Counted from the first letter of the stretch, positions 49,030 through 62,749 are shown. The stretch: 64,000 nucleotides of DNA from Octopus vulgaris (GCA_951406725.2 OX597827.1:76880001-76944000), one strand, 5' to 3'. Translations and numbers: made by a program. The notes: a model not told the origin generated them from the sequence alone.

Positions 49030-49212
49030 TTGGCACAAGGCCAGCAGGTTCGGCAAGGGGATGAGACAGTTACATCGACCCCAGTACTCAACTGGTACTT
49101 ATTTTATCAACCCCAAAAGGATAAACAAAAAATTCGACCTCAACAGAGTTTGATCTCAGAACATAAAAACAGACGAAATGCCGCCAAGCATGGTTCTGCC
49201 AGCTTACTGCCT
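49030..49212 (-). mobile_element. SINE family D, degenerate
   Basis: Consensus match. Confidence 0.75.
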
Positions 49213-49565
49213 TCACACCAGTTTGATATTAAGATTGTTAAAGTTTTACCAAATCACTCCAGATTCTTGATTATCTTCAAAACTGGAGTGTTACCGACCA
49301 CATGAAGCGTAATTCTTGAATGTTCTTTTGCCCCCACACTACCAACATAGTCAGGTGGTTTGAAGGTTTGTCTCTTAACAATGCATTCCCAGGTCTGGTC
49401 CTAATGCTTGGCACCCTGGGAAAGTAGCTTCTAATATAACCCTAAGTCAGTCAACACCTCAAATGTGAAATGTGGGAGAAGGAAACTGGGTGGAAGCCTT
49501 TCAGAAAGACCATTCCTCTTGGGGTAGGGGGAGCAGTGGATTTTCTTTTTTATACAATCATAGGG

Positions 49566-49965
49566 GCAGGTGTGACTGTGTGGTAAGAAGATTGCTTCCC
49601 AACCACATAGTTCTGTGTTCAGTCCTACTATAAGGCACCTCGGGCAAGTGTCTTCTATGATAGCATTGGAACGACTAATGTTTTGTGAAAGTGGATTTGA
49701 TAGGCAGAAACTGAAAGAAGCCCATTGTATAAATGTGTGTGTGTGTGTGCCTTTTTCTCTGTTTGCCTCCCACTATTGCTTGACAACCGGTGTTGGTGTG
49801 TTTACATCCCTGTAATCTAGCAATGCTGCAAAAGAGACAGAAAGACTAAGTCCCAGGCTTAAAAGAAAAAGAAAGAACTGAGCTTGATTCATTCAACTAA
49901 AAAATTCTTCAAGGCAGTGCCCCAGCATGGCCGCAGTCTAATGACTGAAACAAATGAAAGATCAC
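49566..49965 (+). mobile_element. SINE family A
   Basis: Consensus match. Confidence 0.88.
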
Positions 49966-50021
49966 AGATAAAAGAATCTTGTTGCAAACAAAGTGTAGGG
50001 GCCACTGTAGTGCAGAGGACT

Positions 50022-50511
50022 TTAACCCTTTTGTTACCATATTTCTGCTGAAATGCTCTGTGTTTCTTTAAATTATTTTTGATATAACAAAGAATTTAGT
50101 AAAATTACTTAGTTATCATTAAGCTAGTGTTAGGAACATAAATTGTGACTAAGGTTTGGTGGAAGATGTTAATTCAAAACTTATGAAAACAAGACATTTG
50201 TACTTAGAGCCAGAAGTGGTTTCAGCCAGGTTGGTATCAAAAGGGTTAAGAATTGTTTCTCAATTATATATTTTAACCCTTTTGTTACCATATTTCTTTT
50301 GAGATGCTCTGTGTTTTTTTTTTTTCAATTACTTTAAATATAACAAAGAATTTAGTAAAATAACTTAGTTATCATTAAGCTTAGTGTCAGGAACATAAAT
50401 TGTGACTAAGGTTTGGTGGAAGATGTTAATTCAAAACTTATGAAAACAAGACATTTGTACTACACAGCCAGAACCGGTTTCAGCCAGGTTGGTAACTAAC
50501 GAAAGGGTTAA
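50022..50511 (-). mobile_element. Dimeric piggyBac-type MITE (family G x2), inverted relative to 37436
   Basis: TTAA at 50022, 50246, 50273 and 50508; nearly the same spacer as the 37436 dimer. Confidence 0.92.
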
Positions 50512-51099
50512 AGACAGGAGAGAAGGGAGCCTACAAATTCAAAAGATGTGGGTTGACAGAAATTTGAAAAGGATTGAATATCATAAACCAGAAAGAAAGA
50601 GTTCCTGGGAGCAAGAGTGATAAACTTAATTAGTTTAATTAATACCAGCACCTGGTCCTTGGCTCCTTTTACAGAACCCCCACTCTGTTGCAACCATTTG
50701 GTTTTAGGATGCCTTCTACCCTCCCTCCCACCAATCTGTAATGCCTTGTAAAGGGTCATGGCCATAGCATTCCCCACTCCCTAAAAGATATAAATAGAAA
50801 AGGTCTTAACCCTTTATTCAGTTTAATACCACCACCACCTGGTGACTGAGGGCCTTGTGTGGACCTTTCCCCCTCCCCCAACAACACTGTTACAAATATT
50901 CCAGCCAGGGTCCAGTCTGGAAATAATTTGCTCTTTCCTGTCTGAGAGGACTTGCAAGAAAAAGGTCATGGGAGCCCTCCTTTCTTATTAAAGCCATTAA
51001 ATTACAAAGACAAAGGACACAGTCTGGTTGGACCATCAAAGGTCACACACTTTGATCTACCACTTTTCAATAATAAAATAACAAAAAGCAAAAGTAGAG

Positions 51100-51331
51100 G
51101 CAGTGGTGGTGGTGGTGGTGGTGGTGATTGTGGTGGTGTAGTAGCAACAACTGTGGAGGCAGTGGGGCCAGTGGTGGTGATGTAGTAGCAGTGATGGTGT
51201 TGTAGTAGTAGTAGTAGTAGTAGCAGCAGCAGCAGCAACAGTGGTAGTGGTGGTGGTGGTGGTGGCGGCAGAGGTAGTGGTGGTGGTGGGGGCAACAGTG
51301 TAGTAGTAGCAGCAGCAGCAGCAGCAGCAGC

Positions 51332-51362
<31 letters not shown>

Positions 51363-51442
51363 GCAGCAGCAGCAGCGGTGGGATGTAAAGATGCTGGCGG
51401 CAGCAGTGGCAGTGGTGAGGAGCAGCAAGGTGGTGGTGGTGG
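51100..51442. repeat. Mosaic (GGT)/(AGT)/(AGC) trinucleotide tract
   Basis: Direct inspection. Confidence 0.9.
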
Positions 51443-51763
51443 GTCTTGGAGACTGTTAGGGTCACTTCTGTCCTGAAGGCATCTCCAAACAGTCTTCCAT
51501 GGCCATAGAGAAACCTTTAATGTGTGCGTCTGGGTGTATGTTTGTGTTTGTGTATATATATGTGTGTGTATATCTGCGTAGGTATGTGTGACATTATGAG
51601 CTTGTGTGTATATATTCTTTTATTTGTTTCAGTCATATGGCTGCAGCCATGCTGGAGCACCTCCTTTTAGTTGAACAAATCGACCCCAGGACTTACTCTT
51701 TGTAAGCCTAGTACTTATTCTATATATATGTAGGCATGTACATGTATGTGTGTATATTTACAT

Positions 51764-52173
51764 AGGCGCAGGAGTGGCTGTGTGATAAGTAGCTTGCTAA
51801 CCAGCCACATGGTTCTGGGTTCAGTCCCACTGCGTGGCATCTTGGGCAAGTGTCTTCTGTTATAGCCCCGGGCCGACCAATGCCTTGTGAGTGGATTTGG
51901 TAGACGGAAACTGAAAGAAGCCTGTCGTATATATGTACGTATATGTATGTGTATGTTTGTATTTGTGTGTCTGTGTTTGTTCCCATAGCATTGCTTGACA
52001 ACCGATGCTGGTGTGTTTACGTCCCCGTCACTTAGCGGTTCGGCAAAAAGGGACCGATAGAATAAGTACTGGGCTTACAAAGAATAAGTCCCGGGGTCGA
52101 TTTGCGCGACTAAAGGCGGTGCTCCAGCATGGCCGCAGTCAAATGACTGAAACAAGTAAAAGAGTAAAAGAGA
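51764..52173 (+). mobile_element. Full-length SINE family A (an inverted 3' fragment lies at 51615-51722)
   Basis: Near-consensus. Confidence 0.93.
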
Positions 52174-52207
<34 letters not shown>

Positions 52208-52272
52208 GGAATTTACAGAATAGCAAAAGACGAAGACAGGTGTATTAGTTTAATGTTCAGGAAGGTGAGAAA

Positions 52273-52312
52273 GTATTTTACATTTTGAGCCTATGCTCCT
52301 CAACAGAAAGGA
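52273..52312 (-). ncRNA. CpG-decayed hammerhead-like motif (homolog of 63736)
   Basis: CCUUU-CUGUUGA-G-GAGC(AUAG)GCUC-AAAA-UGUA-AAAUAC, within a repeat at 52205-52380 related to 63736-63870. Confidence 0.45.
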
Positions 52313-52429
52313 ACATGAGAAAATAAACAGAGAGAGAATAAAAAAAGCTTTAGAAGCTAGCGATCAATCATGGCTAGCAGTCAATCATATATATATACAG
52401 AGAGAGAGAGAGAGAGAGAGCGAGTGAGG

Positions 52430-52602
<173 letters not shown>

Positions 52603-52826
52603 AGGCAGAAAAAGGCTGACTGGCAAACACACATAGACAGACAGACATCAAGAAAAAAAAGAAATTCGAGCAAGATTTGAAATGAGAATATGAAGATGGT
52701 AGAAATAAACTCAATCATTTTTTACAGGTACTACTGTTCTACTGTTGAGCATGAGTGTGTGTGTGTGTTTGTAATTATATGTGTATGCTCATATGTGTAC
52801 ATTTAATTATATGTGTGTACTTGTAC

Positions 52827-52882
<56 letters not shown>

Positions 52883-53044
52883 TTATATACATGTGTGTCT
52901 GTTTGCATATGTACACACACAAACACATACACATGCATACAAACAGGCACAGAAACACACACACACATACACCATATATACATACATACATACATATATA
53001 TATTTGTGTGTGTGTGTGTATGTATATATATATATGCACACACA

Positions 53045-53076
<32 letters not shown>

Positions 53077-53121
53077 AATATATACATACACACACATACA
53101 TAAATATTCAAATATATATAT

Positions 53122-53165
<44 letters not shown>

Positions 53166-53191
53166 ACATACATACATACATATATATATAT

Positions 53192-53245
<54 letters not shown>

Positions 53246-53571
53246 ACATACATACATACATATATATATATATACATACATATATATATATGTATGTATG
53301 TATGTGTATATATGTTAGCTAACTGCTTCCATTGGTAGCCCAAGAAATATTCGGTTAATGCCTGTTGGAATTAGCAATCCATGTTGGCGCTGGTAAAGGT
53401 CAGTCTTTGATCATATCAGTGGCTTCCACTCTCAGAACCATCGGAACTGTTGCAACTGTCTTCATGTCTCTTCCAGAACTCTCTTTTTAATGTCGGCTAT
53501 GTCCGACATCACCATGGTAACAGGCAACGCATTAGTATGGGAGTCAGCTCCAACCTGTCCATCGACTGGCA

Positions 53572-53595
53572 TTGTTACTACTACTACTACTGCTG

Positions 53596-53638
<43 letters not shown>

Positions 53639-53915
53639 CACTGCTGCTGCTTCTGCCACAGCTGCTGCCAGCTCCGCCACAACCACTGTCGCCACCACCA
53701 CCACAACCACAACTACCACCATTACTACTACTGCTACTACTACTGCTACTGCTGCTGCCAACAGTTCCACCACCACCACCACCACCACCACCACCACCAC
53801 CACCAACACCACTACTACTACTACTACTACTACTGCTGCTGCCAACAATTCCACCATCACCACCACCAGCGCCCCCACCGATCCCACCACCACCACCAGC
53901 TCCACCACCACCACC

Positions 53916-53968
<53 letters not shown>

Positions 53969-53980
53969 CACTATTACTAC
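53572..53980. repeat. Mosaic (ACT)/(ACC)/(GCT) trinucleotide tract, open in several frames
   Basis: Direct inspection; internal duplication of gctgctgccaaca(g/a)ttccacca. Confidence 0.9.
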
Positions 53981-54084
53981 ACACATTCATACATATGATA
54001 CACATACACACTCACAGATATGTGTGTGTGTGTATATATATATATATACACACACACACACATATGTATGCATATAAATATATA

Positions 54085-54141
<57 letters not shown>

Positions 54142-54340
54142 ATTGTGGTGGCTCCTGAGAAAGCCTGTAGATGCCCCTCTCAGTGGAATTCAACTTGGAC
54201 ACTGGTCTTAGCTTGATCGACATTTTTACTCGAAACAACCAGAGACTCCGGGCTACAACATGGGACATGTATATCCAGACACTGCAAAAGTGCACAGCTG
54301 TAGATCTACCCACACACTTATACATATATAAAGATATATA

Positions 54341-54752
54341 TGGCTGCGTGGTAAGTAGCTTTCTTACCAACCACATGGTTCCGGGTTCAGTCCCACTGTG
54401 TGGCACCTTGGGCAAGTGTTTTCTACTATAGCCTCGGGGCAACCAAAGCCTTATGAGTGGATTTGGTAGACGGAAACTCAAAGAAGCCCATCGTATGTAT
54501 ATATGTATATGTGTGTGTGTGTGTGTATGTCTGTGTGTGTGTGTGTGTGTGTGTGTTTGTGTGTCTGTGTTTGTCCCCAACATTGCTTGACAACCAATGC
54601 TGGTGTGTTTAGGTCCCTGTAACCTAGCGGTTCGGCAAAAGAGACCAATGGAATAAGTACTAGGCTTACAAAGAATAAGTCCTGGGGTCAATTTGTTTGA
54701 CTAAAGGCAGTGCTCCAGCATGGTCACCGTCAGATGACTGAAACAAGTAAAA
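54341..54752 (+). mobile_element. Full-length SINE family A
   Basis: Near-consensus. Confidence 0.92.
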
Positions 54753-54794
<42 letters not shown>

Positions 54795-55256
54795 TTAGAG
54801 ACAAAACCACTATTATGTAAATCAAACAAAGAAAGACTTAATCCAATACATAAAAAATTTTATGTAAATTAAATAAAATTAAGTTATCCACTTGTGAGTA
54901 AGTTATATATATATATATATATAAATGTGAGTTTGGAGGGATATAACAACTGGGTGAATACCGTGATGGCTCTCAGTTATGTTCCAGGTTAAGGGTAACC
55001 ACATTGATCAACATTTAACGTCTATGACTACTATCAGTTGTCAGTCACTCTGTAAATTCCTCTAATGGGTAATTCCGTGTTTCCTTCACTGGATGGTAAT
55101 ATTTTCTGGAGTATATATTAGCAATAATTATAATCATATAGAACATGAAGACTTGTTAATTATAATTATTATAACTGTTAATTATAATTATTGGTAGACC
55201 ACTGGAATCTACAAGTCTTTTCATTTTCTCTGTTCATTTTCACTTATTCCTTTCTG

Positions 55257-55526
55257 TTGGACGGTTTGACTGAGGACTGGTGAGCCAGAAGGCTGCACCA
55301 GGCTCCAATCTGATCTGGCAAAGTTTCTACAGCTGGATGCCCTTCCGTATGCCGACCACTCTGAGAGTGTAGTGGGTGCTTTTTATGTGCCACCAACACA
55401 TGTGCCAGTAAGGTGACGCTGGCAACGATCACACTCAAATGGTCCTTTTTACATGCCACCGTCGCGAGGGCCAGTCAGGCGGTTCTGGCAACGACCACAC
55501 TCAAGAGGTGTTTTTTACATGCTACC
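55257..55526 (-). mobile_element. Family C retroposon, tail truncated
   Basis: Consensus match. Confidence 0.85.
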
Positions 55527-55552
55527 TGCATATATATATATATATATGTACA

Positions 55553-56090
55553 CAAATGGTTTTGTTAAGCTGTGTCGAGTTTTACAATTCTGTAAATAAT
55601 AATAATGATGTTTTTTATAAACTTAAATCTTTTAGCAATCACCTTGCAAATGACTAAAGGAAAATAGTCTAATCATGGGGCATCTAAGCCCTCAATAAAA
55701 AAACATAGGTTTTCCCGTACACGTGGGACTCGAACCCACATTCCTTTGTTAACATGACTACGTATGCTACCAGTTACACAAGTGAACCAGCCTGCTCCTT
55801 TCTGTCAAATTTAAGAACTGTATTAGTTCATAGTTGTTTTTGTAAATAAAACTTTATGTGTTTTCGCTGCAAATGGTTTTGTTAAGCTGTCTCGAGTTTT
55901 ACGATTCTATAATTAATAATAATGGTATTTTTTTATAAACCTAAATCTTATAGCATTCACCGTGAAAATGACCAACGAAAATAATCTAATAATGGGGCAT
56001 CTAAGCCCATGACAGAAAAAAGTAGGCTTTTCTGTACGCATAGGATTCGAACCCACATCCCTTTCTTAACGCAACTGAGTTTGCTACCAA
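55553..56090 (-). repeat. 317-bp tandem repeat (about 1.7 units), each unit with a tRNA-like sequence
   Basis: Units start at 55553 and 55870; T-arms GTGGG-TTCGAGT-CCCAC and GTGGG-TTCGAAT-CCTAT on -. Confidence 0.8.
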
Positions 56091-56410
56091 TACATATATG
56101 TGTGTGTGTGTGTGTATAGACACACACACACACATACATGTATACATGTGCACCATTTACTCCGTTATCTGCACATGACATTTATTTCAAACAATGTCCA
56201 TGTTTACTTTACAATAATGTAATTTGCCACACCCTCTCTCACAACTGTTAATGCTTTACACTCCTGTTTACACCTACCTATACATATGCATACACCTACA
56301 CTCATACATACATACACATACATTCATACATATACACACACACATACATTCACTCATACATACATTCGCACACATACATACATTCATACATGCAAACATA
56401 CATAGATATT

Positions 56411-56787
56411 GTGGCACTCCATCTGTTATGACGACGAGGGTTCCAGTTGATCCGATCAATGGAACAACCTGCTTGTGAAATTAACGTGCAAGTGGTTGAG
56501 TACTCCACAGACATGTGTACTCTTAATGTAGTTCTTGGGGAGATTCAGTGTGACACAGAGTGTGACAAGGCTGGCCCTTTTGAAATACACGTACAACAGA
56601 AACAGGAAGAAAGAGGAAGTTGGGGTGAAAGAGTACAGCAAGATTCGCAACCACCCCCTGCCGGAGCCCCGTGGAGCTTTAGATGTTTTCACTCGATAAA
56701 CACTCAGAATGGCTGGTCAGGGAATCAAAACCGCAATCCTATGACCGTGAGTCCACTACCCTAACCACTGAGCCACTGCGCCTCCAC
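56411..56787 (-). mobile_element. SINE family B
   Basis: Consensus match. Confidence 0.9.
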
Positions 56788-56790
56788 TGT

Positions 56791-56825
<35 letters not shown>

Positions 56826-57104
56826 CACCATCCGATCGTGGCCATTGCCAGCCTCGCCTGGCCCCCATGCTGCACCATCCGACCGTGGCCGTTTGCCATC
56901 CCCGTCTGGCACTTGTGCTGGTGGCACATAAAAAACACCCACTACACTCCCAGAGTGGTTGGCGTTAGGAAGGGCATCCAGCCGTAGAAACATTGCCAGA
57001 TCAGACTGGGCCCAGTGCAGCCTTCTGGCTTCCCAGACCCCAGTTGAACCGTCCAACCCATGCTAGCATGGAAAGCGGACGTTAAACGATGATGATGATG
57101 ATGA
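56826..57104 (+). mobile_element. Family C retroposon
   Basis: Consensus match with (GAT)n tail. Confidence 0.9.
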
Positions 57105-57243
57105 TATATATATATACGACTCCAAAACTCAGAGTTTTATCATGGCTATTGAATAATTGTCACATATTGTTTTACAGATAAATTTCCTCTATTTACATAA
57201 TATCGAGGTCCCTTTCATTCTTTTGTTGTCTTACCATTTCTAT

Positions 57244-57287
<44 letters not shown>

Positions 57288-57611
57288 ATACATACATCTG
57301 TGCTAGTTGTGTGTGCTGGTTGTGTGTCGCACATCAACAAAAGTTGTTAATTAAATGCGCGCATTAATTGAATTAATGCTAAATTAACTATTGCTAATTT
57401 AGTAGATTATTATTTAGTATATGCATTCGTCATGTGTTAATGATTCAGCTGAGCTGTGCCAGTCCACCATTTGGCTTCTAGAGTACCACTAGTAAAAAGA
57501 AAGAAAAGCCATCAATATCACAAGTGTAAGCATTACTAGTACTACAAGCGAATTATGACCGCTAAGAAGCTAATACCACTCCACATAATTTTATTCTTGT
57601 ATTATTTTATT

Positions 57612-57812
57612 CTTTAACTTGTTTCGGTCATTTGACTACAGCCATGCTGGAGCACCACCTCAAAGGGATTTTAGTCAAAGAATTCAACTCCAGGGCCTAT
57701 TCTTTGTAAGCCTATTACATATTCTATCATTCTCTTTTGTCAAACGGCTAAGTTACAGGGACATTAACACACCAGCATCGGTTGTCAAGTGATGGTGGGG
57801 GGCAAACGCATA
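57612..57812 (-). mobile_element. SINE family A, 3' half
   Basis: Consensus match. Confidence 0.85.
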
Positions 57813-57829
57813 CACACACACATAAATAT

Positions 57830-57870
<41 letters not shown>

Positions 57871-57871
<1 letters not shown>

Positions 57872-58372
57872 TAGCAGTATCGCCCGGCGTTGCTCGGGTT
57901 TGTAAGGGAAATAATTATATAAGCATTTTTAGAGAGTTACTTCCCTTATAGATGCCAATTCGGGCTTTCTTAGCCATTTCTGTTTTGGTGTCTTCAAGCC
58001 ATGAAGTCGTTGTTCTAAAAGAACGCTGGTCTACTTGACAACGCTTTACGACGTTGATTTCTTTACACTCCCTTCCCCACAGCTTCACGAGGGAGGGAAG
58101 AAGGGGGAGAAGCAACACAGGTGCAGGTGTGACCATGGACGCCATCGACACACGAAAAATTATGCATTAAAATGGAATAAAAAATGATGTTAAATTATTT
58201 TTAAAATCGTAGACTCATCATAGACGCGCGCTAATACTCAGACGGGCTCGATGTGAATCACAACTATAAGATACCCGAATTTGGTTAAACTGCACCGCAA
58301 AATGTGGGAGTAGTTAGGAATCTAAATCGAAGGGGACAGACACTCACACAACTTCAATTTTATATATAAAGA
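57871..58372 (-). mobile_element. Non-autonomous Helitron
   Basis: A|TC at 58372, hairpin, and CTAG|T at 57871; termini shared with 48176; extra internal segment. Confidence 0.9.
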
Positions 58373-59483
58373 TATGACTAAACATATTATGAAACAGCTG
58401 TAAACAAATGAAATAAACATCCATTCTTTCACCTCACTTCTCTTACCAGTTCTATTTGTATGTATGTGTGTGTGTGTTTGTGTGTGTCTGTTTGTATGTG
58501 TGTGTGTTTTTGTGTTTGTTTGTGTGCATGTGTTTGTGTGTGTGTGTTTATGTCTGAGTGTGTTTGTGTGTACATGTGTTTGTGTGTAAATGTGCATGTG
58601 TGCTGATATGTATGTATATATGATTATTTCCTTTTTCTATTCTTCTTATATGTTGCAAATAATTTTGTGGCCTTACAGATACCAGGGACATGATAAAAAG
58701 TCCCCATCTTGGACATTTTACCATGGGGTTGGCATTGGGACGAGCATCCAGCCATAGAAACCAGACTAAAACTGACAGTGGAGCTTGGCACACTCTTGAA
58801 TCTTGCTGGATCCTGTCAAAACTTCCAACCCATGCCAGCACGAAAAACAGATATTACAAATGATAATGACAACAACGATGACGACAACAACGATGACGAC
58901 AACAACGATGACGACAACAACAACGAAATGACAATAATATCTCCTTCTCTGATTAAAGAGGGCAGGCTGTGAGTTGTTAGAGTTTTGGCTGCTACTTTTA
59001 GCAGATTGGCTGGCCATGTACTGGCTCCCTCTTTAATAAAACAGTCTACTGATGAGCATACTTCCACTCATTTTCCCTCCACTCTCTCTCCACTCCGTCT
59101 GTCTTACAGTTTCTATTTCATATCTTCAGAGGAGGTGGCTGGGCTAACAGGCTAATTAGTACACCAGCTGAGTTTTAGAGATGGTGAGAGTTAAGGAAAC
59201 TGAACAAAAAAAGGGGGGAGGTTTTGGTTGGCACTTCATGACATTATTATTAGATACACATGTTTGTATACATGCATATATATTTATATACATGTGAAGG
59301 GCTGGCTGCAGGGGTTGGCATGGGCATGGTTAAATGGTTAAGGAGTTTATTTCCAAAAGATTGGAAACATGAAACTCAGAGTAACAGTTTTAGGAGTTCT
59401 CAGCTTACAATAAATGGGATATAATATACACTTGGTACTGTTTTCCCCACTTGTGGAATATTCTGTGCATATAAATGCATACA

Positions 59484-60040
59484 TACATGTATGTATGTAT
59501 GTATGTATGTATGTATGTATGTATGTATGTATGTATGTATGTATGTATGTATGTATGTATGTACGTATGTATGTATGTACGTATGTATGTATGTATGTAT
59601 GTATGTGTGTGTATGTATGTATGTAGGTGTATATGTGTATGTATGTATGTATGTATGTATGTGTGTGTGTATGTATGTGTGTATGTATGTATGTGTGTGC
59701 ATGTATGTATATATGTATGTATGTGTGTACGTATGTGTGCGTGTATGTATGTATTATGTGTGTGTATGTATGTTTGTGTATGTATGTGTGTGCATGTATG
59801 CATGTTTGTGTATGTATGTGTGTGTATGTATGTATGTGTGCGTGTGTATGTATGTGGTGTGAATGTATGTATGTGGTGTGTATGTATATATGTATGTGTG
59901 TGAGAGTGTGTATGTATGTGTGCATGTGTGTATGTATGTGTGTATGTTTGTATGTATATATATATATTTATGTATGTGTGTATGCGTGTATATATGTGTG
60001 TTGTGTATATATGTATGTGTGTGTGTATGTCTTTATGTGT
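59484..60040. repeat. (TATG)n-based degenerate microsatellite
   Basis: Direct inspection. Confidence 0.97.
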
Positions 60041-60204
60041 GTACACGGAGCTGCAAGTGTATAGTATAAGGTAGTCTTGAGCCCATGATAGTCCTAAAGG
60101 TCAGTACTGGTTTTCCTCGGTCATGAGTGGACGACCATCATGTATGTATGCAGTACAAGTGCACGGCTCAGTGGTTAGAGCATTGGGCTTGCAATCATGA
60201 GGTA

Positions 60205-60672
60205 GTCATTTGTGAGTTATCAGAGGATGTGCAGATTAGTTATCGCTCAGTTCAGTCCATTATCACAGAAGATTTGGGTACAAGACACGTGTCTGCCATG
60301 TTTGTGCCAAAACTGCTTTCAGCTGACCAAAAAGACACTCAGGTTTTTGTTGCATAATATTCTGATTGTGTTGAGAATGATAAAAAAATTTCAGAAGTTT
60401 TGTGTAGGCCGCTGAGCAGGTATCGCCAAACATTTGGCAAAATTAGATGCAGATTCTCTGGTCAAATTTGTCTGTCATGTTCAATTCAACGATCACACAC
60501 TACACACCTTCCTTCCAAGCACTGCTGTAAACAGTGGAAGTGAGCACAAACGTTAAAACTTGGTGCACATGCACTGCAGAGTTCAAGGTCAATCTGTGCC
60601 AAGCAACTTCATTCAGCATGCTTTAGCTTCGTTACTATGGCAACAGTCCGGATACTTATTGATCAGACCTCG
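60205..60672. mobile_element. Rearranged mariner transposon remnant
   Basis: + strand ELSEDVQISYRSVQSIITEDLGTRHVSAMFVPKLLSADQK; - strand TIR CGAGGTCTGATCAATAAGTATCCGG and N-terminus MTDKFDQRICI*FCQMFGDTCS (ATG at 60478). Confidence 0.85.
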
Positions 60673-60837
60673 TTTATATATGTATGGTAGCAGACCCACC
60701 CATGCAAGCATGGAATGCAGACTTTAAACGATGATGATGATGATGATATATATATACGTTGATGAGGATATATATATATATATATACATATTTAAGCATG
60801 TTTGTATATTTATCGCCGTGGAACTTCAACAGTTATA

Positions 60838-61199
60838 TCGACGAGGGTTCCAATTGATCCGATGAACAGAACGGCCTGCTCGTGAAATTAACGTGCAAGT
60901 GGCTGAGCACTCCACAGACATGTGTGCCCTTAATGTAGTTCTTGGGGAGATTCAGCGTGACACAAAGTGTAACAAGGCTTGCCCTTTCAAATATAGGTAC
61001 AACAGAAACAGGAAGAAAGAGTGAGAGAAATTTGTGGTGGAAGAGTACAGCAGGGTTCACCACCATCTCCTACCAGAGCCTCGTAGATCTTTAGGTGTTT
61101 TTGCTCAATAAACACTCACAACACCTGGTCTGGAAATTGAAACTACGGTCCTACGACCGTGAGTCCACTGCCCTAACCACTGGGCCATTGCGCCTCCAC
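60838..61199 (-). mobile_element. SINE family B
   Basis: Consensus match. Confidence 0.9.
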
Positions 61200-61312
61200 C
61201 GTATATTTATATACTATATACGAATATATGCAAATACATTTACATGTAAACGTTTGCATTTATTAGTTCATATTTCCATATATGTGCATATGAATACATA
61301 CATGTATATATA

Positions 61313-61356
<44 letters not shown>

Positions 61357-61431
61357 CATACACACACATATATATGCATATATACACACATATATTTACA
61401 TATATGCATGTATGTATATGTATGTGCCAAA

Positions 61432-61643
61432 TGTCGCTTCGACTGGCTCCTCTGGCCCCTATGCCAGTGGCACATAAAAAGCACCGACTACACTCTCGGA
61501 ATGGTTGGTATTCAGAAGGGCGTCCAACTGTAGATCAGATTGGGGCCTGATGCAGCCTCCTGTCTTCCCAGACCCCAGTCAAACCGTCCTCCCATGATAG
61601 CTTGGAAAACGGACGTTAAACGATGAGGATGATGACGCTGATG
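61432..61643 (+). mobile_element. Family C retroposon
   Basis: Consensus match. Confidence 0.85.
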
Positions 61644-61692
61644 CATATATGTATGTGTGTATATACATACATATATTCATAAAGTGTGTGAG

Positions 61693-61741
<49 letters not shown>

Positions 61742-61854
61742 AAATACACACAGATAGATAGATCTGCACATAAAAGACATACACGCATAACGCATCAGTC
61801 ACACGTAAACATATCTGCATACAAGAGTACATATAGAGAACTGGCATTTGCATG

Positions 61855-62430
61855 TACACACACACATACCCACACACATACACATGCATACACATATACA
61901 CATACACACATACACATACTCACTCATACACAGATACACACACACACACATGCACATGCATACACACACACTCATACACACACACATACAGACACTCACT
62001 CACTGACACACACACACACACACACACACACATTCACTGATACACTCATACACACACATACACACACTCACTCACTGACACACACACACACTCACTGATA
62101 CACACATATATACACATACACGCATACACTCTCACTTATACACACACACATTCATACATACACACTCATTCACACACACACACTCACTGACACACACACA
62201 CACACAGACACACACTCACACACAGACACACACATACAAACACAGACACTGACACACACACACACACACACACTCACTGATACACTCATACACACACAGA
62301 CACACACTCACACACAGACACACACATACAAACACAGACACTGACACACACACACGCACACGTACAGACACTGACACACACATACACACACAGACACACA
62401 CACACACACTGACACACACACACACATCTA
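61855..62430. repeat. Degenerate (CA)n array
   Basis: Direct inspection. Confidence 0.95.
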
Positions 62431-62749
62431 TAGGTGCACACACTTCCTTTCATAACAATAACAGTGATAAACTCACAAACAGACCAATATAGCAACACTT
62501 CACATTCACACGCATACACACACCCACGTAGACTTACAATGCCATTATTGTAATCATACACATACGCATACACATACATACAAATGTCTGAGTGTGTGTG
62601 TGTGTGTACATAAAGACACACACGCACACACACACACATTTCTGTTGATGTTACCAAAAAAGCATTTAAGAATTCACAACCATATTAGAGTCCAACATTC
62701 TAATACACAACCCACTGGATTACTGGATTAGCCTTAATTAATTAATTAC

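Noticed and set aside
53490-54077. 195-aa Thr-rich mucin-like ORF
   Set aside because: It is open only because of trinucleotide repeats, runs into dinucleotide microsatellite, and has no signal peptide.
59095-59140. Minus-strand CUGAAGA-UAU(GAA)AUA-GAAA-CUGUA hammerhead-like string
   Set aside because: Helix II is only 3 A-U pairs and helix I only 2 bp; no second copy is seen, so it could be chance.
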